Positions 1 through 12,803 of a stretch of DNA of 64,000 bases are shown piece by piece. A program made the translations under genes and the position numbers. The DNA lies in assembly GCA_004022145.1 (NCBI GenBank), contig RCNU01000001.1. One strand, written 5' to 3'. The notes under the pieces are model-generated. The model did not search any database. It was not told the DNA's origin and worked only from the letters and a program-made list of their open reading frames with translations. Position 1 is the stretch's first letter. Each line of letters opens with the position of its first letter. The DNA is from Paecilomyces variotii (Eukaryota).

Positions 1-2322
1 AAGATCCGAGAGATCGTACCTCATCGCTACTTCAACGATCATGCATTCTTCCTTACAGATAGCAAACAGGCCTTCTGGACGGTCGATCGTGCTCATCATC
101 TTTCCGAGTTTGAGGCCCCAAGTCCCCCAAACAAGGACAGAGTGCCGACCCTTGGCTTCCACCCACAGTACAAGGACTGGCTGATCTGGACTGGGCATGC
201 TTGTACCGGACTTGGCTGCAATTCCGTGGCTTCTATCACCAAAAACAGAGGCGCCAAGTGGGAGCTTCTCCTCCGTGGTGTCCGCAAATGCGATTTTATG
301 GCCAGGGATGATCGCAAAGACAGCGAGAATCTCATCTTCTGCGAGCAATTTGAGAACGAGGATCCAGACAACGGCGCTCTGCAGCTCGTCTCTAGTGACA
401 ATTGGTTCTATGAAAGCAAGGTCCACTTCACTAAGGTTGTTGATTTTGCTACGATGGAGGAATTCGTCGTCGTAGCTGCGCGGAACCCCGAGAACGAGGA
501 GTCGCTCAAGGTGGACACCAGCGTTGACGCAAGAGTCTTTGCTGATGCCGAGTTCCCGCCCAACTTTGATGTCCCTGTCCAGAAAGCCTACACGGTTTTG
601 GATAGCTCGACACACGCTGTCTTCCTGCATGTGACTGTGAACAACATGGAAGAACGTGCCTATGGATCGATCATTAAGAGCAACAGCAACGGCACCTCCT
701 ATGTCCTCAGTATCGATGCTGTCAACAGGAACGACAACGGTTACGTCGATTTTGAGAAGATGCAGGGTCTGGAAGGGGTCGCGGTAGTCAACGTTGTTGG
801 GAACGTCAAAGATGTGGAGAAGGGACAAGCGAAGAAGTTCCGGACCATGATCACCCACAATGACGGAGCACAATGGACACTTCTGGCGCCGCCATCGAAA
901 GACTCAGAAGGCAAGGGCTACAACTGCAAAACCAACAACGGAAAGCCTACGGAGAAGTGCGCGCTACACCTTCATGGCTATACTGAGCGAAGAGATCCTC
1001 GCGCCACCTATGCGTCCGCCTCGGCGGTTGGTATCATGATGGGCGTTGGAAACGTTGGTGAATACTTGACCAACAAGCAAGATGGCGAGACCTTTATTAC
1101 CCGGGATGGCGGTATTACCTGGAAGGCTGTCAAGAAGGGAAGCTATTTATGGGAGTATGGCGACCAGGGTTCGGTCATTGTCATCGTTGAAGAGTCCAAA
1201 CCGACCAAGGTTGTCTACTACAGCGTCGACGAGGGCGAGACTTGGGAGGAATATCAGTTCTCGGATGTGGAGATGCAGATCGATGTGATCTCCACCGTTC
1301 CCTCGGACACGTCAAGGAACTTCCTCCTCTGGGGACGAGAACTGGGTGACAAGAAGAAGATTGCGACTGTTAACCTCGACTTCAGCGGTCTTCGCGACCG
1401 GCTTTGCAACTTGGAAGAAGACTCGGCTGAAAATGAAGATTATTACCTATGGGAACCCAAGCACCCGATGCAGGAAAACAACTGTCTTTTCGGCCACATT
1501 GAGCAGTACCACCGCAAGAAGCCGTCGGCGCACTGCTGGAACGACTGGAAGCAGCCGCACATCCACCGCATTGCTCAGAACTGCACCTGCACTAGAGAGG
1601 ATTATGAATGGTAAGGAGACTCTTCTAATAAAAATAGTCGTTTAATCGCAGGTTTAATGCTGACACCGTTTAATAGCGATTATAACTACGAACCGCAAAG
1701 CGATGGCAGCTGTGCTCTGGTTCCAGGCCTTCCGAAGCCGGACGCCTTGGCTGTCTGTCGGGATGACCCTGAGGCAATTGAATATTGGGAGCCGACTGGC
1801 TACCGTCGTATTCCGTTGACAACCTGCCAGGGTGGACTGCAGCTTGACCACATCGTGTCCAAGCCGTGTCCCAACAAGGAGAAGGAATACGAGAAAAAGC
1901 ATGGCATCAGTGGTGTCGGACTGTTCTTTGCCATTGTGACCCCCATCGCAGTGGCCGCAGGTGCTGGATACTGGATCTACACGAAATGGGACGGCAAATT
2001 CGGTCAGATCCGTCTGGGTGAGAATGTTGGTGGCGCCGACGGCATGTTCTCACGCGACTCTTCCCTTGTGACCGTGCCGATTGCGATCATCGCCGGCATT
2101 GTCGCTGTGGCCAAGGCACTTCCATTGCTAGGCATGAGTCTCTGGAGAAGCGTTAGCGGATATGTGCGTCTTCCCGGACGAGGTGGCATCGGTTCGCAGA
2201 GGCCATATTCGTCAAGAGGCGCATTTGCCGCTCGAAGAGGCGATTACGCGAGCGTTGTCGAAGACGAGGACGAACTCCTCGGCGTTGAAGACCTCGAAGG
2301 GGAAGAGGACGAGGAGGTGTAA
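1..2322 (+). CDS. VPS10: Vacuolar protein sorting receptor Vps10/Pep1 (3' part; gene begins upstream of window)
   Basis: BNR/Asp-box repeats ([27 protein letters not shown]), Cys-rich 10CC region ([28 protein letters not shown]), one TM segment and acidic tail. GT-AG intron 1611-1676 joins the two ORFs in frame (EC|DYNY). Confidence 0.95.
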
Positions 2323-2952
2323 ACATAGAGCGCTTTCCTTTTTCTGTTTTGCCTTTTATCTTCTGGTGTTTCCGCTGAGTGAGCTATGTTTTTTGTCCTC
2401 TATATGATATATGAGTGAACGGATTCAGAGATGCATCTTTTTTTCGTCTTTTTGGAGATGTGATGTTGCTGGTCCTGTCGAATGGCAGGTCATGTTTTGT
2501 ACTTAGAGAAGGTAGAATGGAATGATATGATACGATAGATATATCAGCTTCCTTTGTATGTGGTTGGGAGTGGTTTTGAGTGCGCTGCGTTTCAGATATT
2601 ACCATACTTTGAGGCTGTAACTAGAGTAGATCCAATAATCTACCAATGTCCTTTCTCCTTAGGTTCTTGGTGACTTGCGGGATGACTTGTTGATCGTTGG
2701 AGCTATTATTCTATAAAAAAAAACATTACATATTACAATCGGTTACTAGCTACAGAGAAATCCAGCACAAAGAATAGACAGCTATATATCTATCTCCAGA
2801 AACACTTCTCCATTATCACGAACTTCAACGCATCTCCTCTAAACTCCCCCACCTCAAGACTCCTACTTATATAAATACTGAAACAAGTCCTCTTTCCGAC
2901 TTCAGAAGCTCATCAATCGCCAGTATAATCCGAGACATGATCATCCATTTCT

Positions 2953-3955
2953 TTATTTGTCCTGCTCACTTCGAGACAGCAGATCATTAGGCCCAAACGA
3001 ACCCGGAAGAAGCTACTACGTGTCAGTATCTACTCCACGAGTTCAACGAATTGGATCATCCCGGAATTCTCGAAAGAGAGAGAGAGAGAGAGAGAGAGAA
3101 AAGAAAAAAAAAAGGGGGGGGGGGGCTAATACTCACCTCTCCCATTGTCACGACGGTGTGATTCCCATCCCCATCGTACATGTACACGGGGAAAGAAGGG
3201 GTTGTAAATTCGCGCATGCTGCGGTTTTCGTATTCATATTAGTTTGGTTTGATCACAAGATCAGGGAAAAAAGAAAAAAGAAAAAAGAAAAAAGAAAAAA
3301 AGAAGAAAAAAAAAAAGCGGGAAAAGAGAAAAAGAAAAAAAAGACATACAATTGTCTACACATCCCACACGGCGACGCGCCGGGCTTGATATCCGTCGCG
3401 ACAGCAATGGCCTTGAAGTCCTTATGGCCCGCTACCTATAACATGAAAATCAGCACTCATATTATCCTATCTCAGATAATAATAGAAACCGAAACAATTT
3501 CCATATATGCATGGTATCATAGACTGGAAAAACATAAACCTACAATAGCCGTTCCAAAAGCCACTCTCTCCGCGCACGTCCCAACAGGATAAGAAGCATT
3601 CTCGACGTTGGCGCCGGTGATGCATTCACCACTCTGCGTGAGTATGCATGCCCCCACGCGGAATTTGGAGTAGGGGCCTATAGTATTCGTTGTTAGTTGT
3701 GTTCTGACTATATCGTGAGAGATCACCCGTATAGAGAGGGGTGAAAGCGGGGTGTGGACTGCACCACAAGTTCTCCTAAAAAGAGCGCAACAACGAGGCG
3801 AATGGATGAAATGTGTATGGCTTACGGCCTTGATTCGTGTGATGTATAAAAAGAAAGGAGGGTAGTAAATACATACAGTAGGCAGTGGCCTTAGCCGCAA
3901 TGGCTTTGGTGGAGAGGATCTCCAGCTCAGAGGCGGTTAATGGAGAAGTTGACAT
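2953..3955 (-). CDS. CDD1: Cytidine deaminase (homotetrameric zinc type), 5 exons
   Basis: Spliced translation gives [40 protein letters not shown] and LLPGSFGP; four GT-AG introns. Confidence 0.93.
3075..3345. repeat. (GA)n microsatellite, A/G homopolymers and (GAAAAAA)-type purine tract within cytidine deaminase introns
   Basis: Visible at ~3075-3125 and ~3265-3343; these read as polypyrimidine tracts on the transcribed minus strand. Confidence 0.9.
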
Positions 3956-4407
3956 TGTTGAAGGTTTAAAAATCGATGTCCTGCGATTGGTGGTGATCTG
4001 TCCCGTCTGAGAAAAAGCAAGTAAATAATACGAGGGGAGAGTTGTTTGGGAACAGAATCCTTTAAAGATATCCTGTTCTTTCCGGTGGGTCGTCAAGTTG
4101 ATGCGGTGAACGGACGGTTGATGTTGTGCAGCAGACGCGGACCGGACTCTCCGACGGGTTTCCGAGAATGGATGATATTATCAGTTCTACAGGAAGATAA
4201 TGAGATAACCGGCAAGAGAAAAATCATGATTGAAGTTCTATCTATGTTGCTTTTTTTTTATCCAGATTAGCGACCAGTCGCCGCATAACACCGAAACGCC
4301 TCGTCAGCTAAGTGCCTTGCCACGTATTCCCCCACCGTTGTCAGAAAAAAGAAAAAAGGAAAGAAAGAAAAAAAAAATATAGACGATCACACTGCGCTCT
4401 ATGGGAA

Positions 4408-5454
4408 TCAACCGAAATAGTGTCGTAAGCATTCGTAGATGGAGAAGATAAAGGCAGAGCTGGGTGCAGAGCGTCCCACGGTGATGCCGCAACCGCGGTA
4501 CAGCCCCTTCAGGCCATGCTGTTGCCAGATGCTCTTCCCGACGCTGAAGAAGGTTGGTCGTCGAGAGTCTAGACTCAACCGTGAGACGTCCTCTGTCTGC
4601 ATCCGTGATTTGATGGTATCCGCTGGGTAGAAGAGGAAATTATAACTGATTCCAGCCGCAGCTCCAGCCAGCATCTGCTGGTAGATCGGGAGCGGAGGCG
4701 AGTCTGATACACTACCATCCGCTGTGGGCGAAGCAGAATAGCCTCGGAAAAAAGCAGACACGCCTTCGTAGCTACCGAACCAAGCGGCAGAACCACCCGT
4801 TTCGCGGATCAATGTTCCCAGTTGGCCCCGCCAGAATCCAAACAAGCCCGAATGGCGGAAGACCGACACGATCAGGGCCAGTGGACCTGGAGGCTTCTGA
4901 CCGGCCGAGACAGGGACCTGCATCTTGCACTTGATGAGCTCAACGGGCGTGAGGAGTATCGATGTAAAAGCACCGGACGCGGCACCGCAGAGTAAGAGAG
5001 CGGAGAATGGCAGCGGCTCCGTAGGTGAATAGATGGCAGCCTGAAGAGCCTCCTGCGCAATGCGGTAGCTGAAGAACAGACTGCTATTCTCGATGGCAGC
5101 CCCCGCGAGAGGAGCACTAATGCCTCGGTAGAGACCTCGAATGCCCTCTGCCTGGAACGACTGCCGGAAGCAATCCAGAGGCCCGCTATATCGTAGGGGG
5201 AGGTGGTCTGGCTGCGACTGTAGCCGCACCTTGATCGTATCGAAGGGATACTCGATGAACTTGCCCGCAATGCCTGCAGTCTAGTGGGGAAGTAAACGTC
5301 AGCATGGGACAGCTCAGAACATCCTGTACCCAGTGCAATGGCATACCGATCCAAAGATTATGTCCTTGAAGGCCTCAAGGCCCTGATTTGGAGGCAGGGA
5401 CGGGAGTTCCACTGCCATTTCATCCTTGAGGATTACATGTTCTGCCGCCGCCAT
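4408..5454 (-). CDS. Mitochondrial carrier, probable ornithine/amino-acid carrier (Ort1/Arg11-like)
   Basis: Three PX[D/E]XX[K/R] carrier signatures ([24 protein letters not shown]) and an RETGG motif; one intron near 5281-5347; start [13 protein letters not shown]. Confidence 0.88.
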
Positions 5455-5982
5455 CAAGGTAAAAACGCGCCCAATTGGGCTCCTGCTCTAGGGACTAGGA
5501 AGAAGAGAGGAAGAAATCACAGAGATTGCTATCGCTGGAGCATCGTAGGGACTCTGGTGGTCGAGGATGGGAAAAAAGGTGGAAGTTGGGCCGCCGAAGC
5601 GGGGTGATAGCTGAGGTATTAAATATGGAACTGGCAGCGTCTCAGACCGACTTCGGGAAAAAAAGACGCAGCCCGGCTCATAGCAAAAGAGATACTAAAA
5701 CAGCCAAGACGGCGGGACCCTCCACGAGCAGAGTGAATGGTGGATGAAGGCGTGTTTTCGTCGACGATGCAAACTTTAGGGCGTTGACGAGGCAGAAAAA
5801 GGAACAGTGAGTGGGATTCGGAGTGGGTTTTTCCGCTTATCTGATCTAAGATAATCTGCCCGCGCCAAGGCCGAGAACGCTGAGGCGAAAAGGGCAAAAA
5901 GAAGAGACGAAGAGACGAAGAAGAAGAAGAAGAGGAAGAGAGAAAGGACAACCACCCACGTCGTGACACAGCTTCATCCACC

Positions 5983-6479
5983 ATGTCTGCTCCGGCCACT
6001 ACCCCGGCGACTACCCCTGCGGCAAATGCTACCCAGGTCAAGGGGATGAAGAAAAATGGTACGTACACCCTTTCTTTCCACGCAGCAGTTTTATTTTTAT
6101 TACTTCTCTCCCGTCCCGCAGTCTCTGACGGTCCCCTCCAGGCAAGAACTGGCATGCCACCAAGAAACCCTTCCGCCCCGGTTCCGGCCTGACCTCCTAT
6201 GCAAAGAGAGTGGAGGAGCGCAAACAGCTGGCTGCCGTCAAAGAACGCGAAAGAGAGATGAAGGAGGAGAAGGAGGCTGAGCGACAGGCGGGTTCAGCCC
6301 ATACGGAGTGGTGTGATTCCCAGCTAACCGCCATGTAGGCCCGCATCCAGAAGATCAAGGAACGCCGAGCAGCCAAGGAAGAAAAGGCCCGGTATGAGAA
6401 GATGGCGGAGAAGATGCACCACAAGCGGGTGGAACGACTAAAGCGCAGAGAGAAGCGCAACAAGCTGCTCAACTCCTGA
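5983..6479 (+). CDS. CGR1: rRNA-processing protein Cgr1/CgrA, 3 exons
   Basis: Spliced KGMKKNGKNWH...SYAKR...[40 protein letters not shown]...[11 protein letters not shown]. Introns 6059-6141 (GT-AG) and 6288-6338 (GC-AG). Confidence 0.93.
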
Positions 6480-7702
6480 GCGTTTTCTGTTTCTTTCCAT
6501 CGATATGCCTCATTGCCTTGATATCTGTCCGACGTGGATTTCATTGAACATAATGGATTGGTGTATGGGTTTACGGCGTTGGTTTTCAGCGGATAAATAT
6601 GGAATACAGAGTGGGTTTCAATATAACAATTCGCCTACTCGGTCTCTTTGTGGACCTTCTCTACGGACGTCCGTCGTGGCTATGCTGAAGATCTCTATGA
6701 AATCCCAGACTTAACAGAGTGAGTCTGGATGTCTTGTTGGTATATCACCAAGTCCTGAGTGCATGGAAGGGGCACTTTACAGAGCCTCCCCATCCCAGTG
6801 GTTCTCCCCGTGATATATCCGAACGATGACCTTTCCTACGATCAAAAGGTCTTCACTTGCCATGCGTACTGCATTGGTACTTGCACTATCTAGGTGTAAT
6901 TGCTGTGAAGCGAACCAATAAATCAGAACTGCTCATTTTATATCTATCCGGAAATCTAATAGTTGCAATGTACTATTTCCTTGGATCGTCCCATCTAAAC
7001 GAGACCTAGCAATGTCTAGGAAGTGGCAGACTGGTAGTAACGACGCTTGTCATAAGAAAGAAAAGGTGTTATGGACACTCTCCACTTCCACCCCATTCCT
7101 GCCTCTTACTGTAGTTCGATCGTGTCAACAGTATCATCTATTAAGATATCACATGTCTCTATTATGATGTCGCTGCAGTAGATCTAGATGTCCTAACAAA
7201 GATTGCAAATTCAGATAGCACATATGCCGCCTCAATTATAGGAACAAAATCAGTGCCTAGATAGATGATTTAGACCTTGACCCAAGGTTATAAGCTTGAA
7301 CTTAGAAACTCGATGCTATCTGGAGAAGTTGACTCCAGTAAATTAAGCTATCCAATCCCGGCGGCGCGATCGGCGCAGCCAAACCCAACCCAACCCAACC
7401 GTCCGGGGCAAACTACATCCTGCAACCATTGTTTCGAGTTCCTGGGCCCCGGACCCTGATCGTCGCGAGCGTACTTAATCTCAGCAGTGCAGCTTAACTA
7501 GTTATTGTTACTTTTGTTAGATTGAGTTTTCGTCTGTTGATCAGTTAACATAGTTCCCAAGTTGACGGGTGCGTCATATTGATATGTGCATGTACCCGAG
7601 CCCGCAGCAGAGTACCGTTGCGACGAACCGACGACGACAGCCCATTCTACGACGAGGGGAAGAGTAGACTCCCAACGGGGTGGTTAGCGATTAGTAGCAG
7701 CC

Positions 7703-8791
7703 ATGAGTCACTTGACGTCAAATAATGCTGCTCGGGGTCTCCTCTCCACGCGATCGCACGGGAAGGAGAGGGAGAGGGATAAGGAGAAGGAGAAGGAGAA
7801 GGATCATGATGGCGATGACGGTCTGCTCCGACCGACGGCCACGCGCGAGTCGCCACGGGCACGAGGGGGATCGAATTCGACAGGTCATCTCAGTAGTAGG
7901 AAGAGCAGCCAGTATGAGGACAGCGACCCGGGAGGGGTGTCCAGACTGAGGCGACGGACTATTACGACGGAAGATCTGAGGCGAGAGAGGGAGATGCGGA
8001 AGCAGGGCGAAGAGTATGTTACGATTCCTCTGTCGATACGATAACAGAGGGATGAATATGTACTGATTTTTCGTCGTACTCACTTCAGACAACTCCGCTC
8101 GGCACTCTTCTCCATCAGCACGTTCGCTACGGAAATCACTCGTCGACTCGATTACACCTACTACAACCTCCTCGAGAAACTGACGACGCTCCACGCGGTG
8201 ATGGATTCTTTTCACGAACTCACCAAATCCACCGCGTTACTTGGCCAAGACTTTGAGAAAGAAACCGCAAACCTCGACCAAGATACGCGCAGACAGCTGG
8301 AGGAGTTCAAGGGCTTCGAGACCCAGATACGGGATATAGAAGCGTTGGAGAAGCGCATGGACGCTGGACGTGAGAGGGTGGATGCTCTCGGGCAAAGAGT
8401 CGCTGCGGTGAAAAAGCAGATTGAAGACTGGGAGAGGAAAGAGCTTGAGTGGCAGACACAGACGGCGAGGAGGTTGCGTATCTTTTGGGTTGTGGCAGGG
8501 ACGGCCATTTTGGTCCTGGTGATTGCCGTTGCTATGCAGACTCGGCCGCATGAGGGTCTGGGCAGACTGGCGAACGGGTCGACGAATGGTTCTTTCGGTC
8601 GTCTTATTCCAGAGGTAGATGTGAATCAGGTGCGGTTGGAAGACGACACAAGCTGGACCAAACGGCCGTCGCGACTCGGACATGCCACCACTTCTACGCG
8701 ACCTCATCCGAATCTCAAATCGACAGAAGAAGCAGAGTCGAAGACGTCAGCGCCGGAAATGAATCCTTTTCGGTTACTAGACGAGTTATAA
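7703..8791 (+). CDS. Hypothetical coiled-coil protein with a C-terminal TM segment
   Basis: Two ORFs joined by intron ~8014-8089; TRRLDYTYYNLLEK segment, heptad-rich region and hydrophobic IFWVVAGTAILVLVIAVAM. Start codon uncertain. Confidence 0.75.
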
Positions 8792-9077
8792 TCAGGTCGG
8801 GCAGGTTAAGTCTTTTGTCATTTACTCATTCCCTGCATAACAGGGATTGTATTTTGCTATCCAGCGACTATTTGTATGTAATAAGAGGTCTGTTTTGTTT
8901 TATGAGATACCCAATATGATATGCACCGTGACATCTAAATACGTTTTCATCCTCCTAATACATCCCAAAAGAAGAAACATATAAACTCCGGTATGCCTTT
9001 AAATTGAAAATCGATGTGCACTTTCTCTGCCCTCCCACCCTGGCCGTCATCATCATAATCATGACCCATCAGCATAA

Positions 9078-9963
9078 TCAAGCAGGAGCAGCACTGCTCT
9101 TTTTCTTCTTATCCTCAATCAGCTCGATATTGTCCTCTGGAACCTCCTTGCCATGGACCTCGAGCAGCCAATCGTACAGATCGTCACTGACGTCTCCCTG
9201 TACTGTGATCTCCTCGGCGCCAGCCGGCGACTTGGTCACCGACGAACCAGTCGCGAACTTCTTGCCGAGCTCCTTTGCGATCTTCTTGTTGTCCAGTCCA
9301 TGAGCCTCCAGACCCGCCACGACCGTGACGAACTTGCGCTTATTCCGCTCGACACGCTTGATCTGGATCTTGGCCGCCGCCTTGCGCTCCGCGTCACGGG
9401 TCTCTGCTAGAGCGGCCTTGGCTTCCTTCTTCGCAGCGTCTTTGGCGGCTCGTTCACGCGCGGAAACGGAGAGAGTGGACAGGTTTGCGTTCAGGGCTTC
9501 TGCAGGTGGGAATGGGTTGTTAGCGTTCTGATATTTCAATCAAAGACAGACTGCGGGGGAGGCGAGGTGGGAGGCATACCTTCAGAATACAACTTATCAT
9601 GGAGATCCGGATGGCTACTCTTCAACCATTCCTCGCATTTCTTTGCTGTACCGCCAAATTCACAGTACTATATTCCGCACCAAGTCAATATCTATTCCTG
9701 CAAAGTGACATCGGTGCCCCGCTTCTCAATCACAATCGACAGCGCCCACTACAACGCAAATCCGACACAAGTATGAGAGACAAATTTCCCTTACCTCTGG
9801 AGGCAATGAACAGACTAGTACCAAGCACCATTAGCACTCCGGAGGTCCTCACCTAGAGTTGATGGAACGAATGAGGGGCATGCAAGCACAGAACAAACTC
9901 ACCTCCGCAATAGACAATGCGCCTTGCGCGGGACTCAACAGGGGCCGTTTCGACGTCAGCCAT
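9078..9963 (-). CDS. TMA22: Translation machinery-associated protein 22 / DENR (SUI1 domain), 4 exons
   Basis: N-terminal VYCGVCSLPPEYCEFGG motif (spliced) and SUI1 domain KRVERNKRKFVTVVAGLE...KKFATGSSV...ITVQGDVSDD. Confidence 0.93.
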
Positions 9964-10218
9964 GTTCAAATCTTTCGTCTTATCAAAGAAAAAAGAAAGG
10001 AAAAAGTGGCTCAATAATCCTGGTTTTCAATATCGCGGGGCAAAAACTTCGTGTTCAATACTCCCGACTTAGTTTCCACTCGCCATTGCCCGATATGGGA
10101 CGCGCGGGGTCGGCGCGATGTATTTCCATATTCCGTGTTTGTATGCAGTCACGTGATATACATACATACATTATCTGAACGATTCATTGGTATGAGAGAT
10201 ACCTAGATAGAAAATATA

Positions 10219-10441
10219 TTACTGGTAGCACAAAGTGGGCAGTCACACAGAGGAAGAAGCCCAGGCGACGGATGTTGGCTGGTCAAAAATTCCATAGAAT
10301 TAAATAGCTTGTGGCGCTACCTAAGCAAAATAGGTACTTCACACCATGAGCTTCCTTACCTAATTTAAAGAAGTGATGCCCCATCCTTAATTGTTTGCTA
10401 GTTGCACACGGCAGGTTTTGTGAGTAGCTTGGTGAAGGAAG
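10219..10441 (+). repeat. Degenerate direct repeat R1, left copy (partner at 14605-14890)
   Basis: Colinear shared blocks: ttact(g/a)gtagcacaa, gccc(a/g)ggcgac(g/a)gatgttgg, aattaaatag, ccatgagc, tgatgccc, gttgcac, gttttgtgagta, gtgaaggaag. Confidence 0.85.
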
Positions 10442-10726
10442 TTATGGAAATCTTGCTTGTCTAATTAATTGCAATCGACTAACTATCGGATGACTCGTGG
10501 AATAAGATAGAACAAACGAGATCTACAACGTAGATAAAGCACAGAAGTGAAGCACAAAATAGTATCTCTGGAGCAAAGCTCGCTGAGCTTGGATTTATCT
10601 AGCAACTAGCTCAGACTATTTATCCCTGTGGGTGGAGGGGCTAGAAAGGCGTGGGAGAAACCCGACAGGAGATCTGCCTGTAGGCAGATTCCGACATAGT
10701 ATCTGACGGTCCTTTAAGTAGACAAG

Positions 10727-11743
10727 TCACGCCGGTTGAAATCCCATATTGACGATTTCAGCACTCGCCCAAGTACGCAATATATCGACACTCAGATTCC
10801 ATACGTCGGCACCATTTCTTCCAGGAAATACGTGCGCGGGCCCAAAGAGCTGAGCTCGAGTTATAGGGATAACCTGGGTCGCTGCATTTGCCGGCACTGG
10901 GAAGATGGCCTATTATCATTATTTAATCACCTGTTTGGTACCAGGGTATCCAGTAGATTAATAACTTACTCCGCTTTGCTTCAGGTATGGAGTGTTTCCA
11001 GCGTCTCGTTCCCAAACTTCAAAAATTCCCTTGACTCTATGGACCGGAGTCTCGATGGTCTTTGTCCAACAGAGAACAATAACAACCTGTACTGCTGGCA
11101 GCCCACCAACAAGCCACATGCACATATCTCCATGGAGCCGTGGCAAACTTTCGGTCCACCCGCTTTCAATTGCAATGCTTGGCATCAGTACAGAATCATA
11201 GTGGATGAGGAAGTCTGGATCTTTTCGCGACCCAGTATACTGTCCCGTGAAATCAGAAATAGCTGTCCACTATTAGCAAATAACAATTGGAGGTGAAGTA
11301 TATTATGATCAAAGGGTATTAGCATACTCGTGCCAACCCCCGTCTTCAAGCCAAGCGCTTCTGCAGCATTTAAGAATCCAGAAAGAGCCATCCGCATGTT
11401 CTCTTCATGGATCCACTGTTGATGAACATTATGTACATTCGTGGGCATGATTAAAACGTTAAGCACTTTGGTAAAGGAGTTATAACTGAAACTAGGAAGC
11501 ATTAGTGAAATGAATAGGTAATATATTATTCAATCTTCTTCTCATGGAATTTTACCGAGGATTGCGTCGTTCAATATCAGGATCTTGAGAGAGTGAGTCA
11601 AGCAGTAATGAGCCCTGATCAGTCGAGATATTCTCGAATCTTAGCTCCGTGCATTGAGTAGCTGTCTGTATCTGCCTTTTGATTTGATCGAACCAGGCCT
11701 GGGCAGAGTTGTTCGACTGCGGGGGTGATGCGTTGACAGTCAT
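10727..11743 (-). CDS. PD-(D/E)XK / Uma2-like restriction-endonuclease-fold protein (gene A), 4 exons, apparently intact
   Basis: GT-AG introns 11492-11555, 11263-11327 and 10910-10969 give an open frame with SRKDPDF...PSIAIESGWTESLPRL...WLVGG...VVIVLCW...IFP...GRNGADVWNLSVDILR. Confidence 0.75.
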
Positions 11744-12436
11744 TGCGAAGGATGTTTTCGACAGAAAGTTTCTGCAGCCAGTATTTGAAAGATAGATTTG
11801 TGTTGGTTTCCTTCTGCGGACTTTTATGGCAGATGGTGAATGACAGAAATCCCGTGGCCGAGGGCTTCAGATTGTAACTAGTACGTACTAGGCCTCTGGA
11901 AAGTAAAATCTGAGGTAGATGTGAAAGGAATGCCCGCATAAAATGTACTGGGAAGATATATTGACTGGAGCTGACGAGATGCTGGATTGAGGATCGAGGA
12001 TACTGCCGTGACCTGACTCTGGCTTACTATGTAGTTAGTTAACTAGGTACTTACCTGTTAGTTACCGGTAGATATTATTTAAGTTAACTAGGTTGGTCTT
12101 CACTTAGTAAGGTCGCGCCGTAACTACCTAGGTAACTAATCTGGGCCGCCTTGGGAATTAATTCTACAACTAAATGTTATGTAATAAGCTGTGGTTTAGT
12201 TAGTTAACTAGGTATCTATCTATCTTCTTTTATACTTAACAACTTAGTGGACTTCAACCTAACTTTAGGAGCATTGCTTGACATCAGTGATCATACAGAT
12301 GAAGGGCAGGGTTGCTTAGCGACTACTCAGTGAGCAGATTAGTTGCGAGAGGCTTGGTAAAAGGAGTGCCCCTTATAAACCAAGGAAAGGTGACCGGCTT
12401 CAAGGTTGTTACTAGAGTAGTGGACACGCTTTGAAA

Positions 12437-12803
12437 GATGGCGCTGGCTGCTGCTCAAATGGACCAGCAGCAAATCTAACCAGTATTCGCCTCGCGGTAA
12501 GAGCTTTTTTATTTGGCACCCGAGAAATCATGATCTGAGAGATAAAACTTAACAAGGCAAAAAGAAGGTAGACCTACCATAGCTGATAGCCTGTCGTGTA
12601 TTTAAATATTAGCTTCAACCAGACCTCAGTATGCCAATGGTAAAGAGTGTGCTTACGATCAGATTAAAGATTAAGTTTGCAAGACCACATAACAAAATAC
12701 TCATAGCTGTGGCAATATTTAAATAGTCAATTGTGACTCTAGATTCTCTCATGAATCCTGTATACTGGACGCCGCCGATAGCGGTCGCAGCGCCTAGAAC
12801 CAT
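12437..12803 (-). pseudogene. Decayed MFS transporter N-terminal fragment
   Basis: Reads ...LCGLANLIFNLI|intron 12591-12656|AISYGR, then frameshifts to VYLLFALLSFISQI...RILVRFAAGPFEQ, resembling MFS GRRPVYL and GRILxG motifs. The rest of the transporter is absent. Confidence 0.65.

Noticed and set aside
2957..3592. 211-aa Lys/Arg/Glu-rich plus-strand ORF
   Set aside because: It is the antisense of cytidine deaminase; the Lys runs are translated intron homopolymer tracts.
9815..9902. Internal AG|GT in TMA22 intron 1 (also RAD17 intron 1 near 24972) suggesting twin or recursive introns
   Set aside because: Resulting sub-introns are very short (38-50 nt) with weak branch or donor signals; a single intron explains the frame.
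11744..11939. Presequence-like ORF start (MRAFLSHLPQILLSRGLVR) upstream of gene A
   Set aside because: Out of frame with gene A with no evident intron, and paralogue B aligns from the 11743 start.
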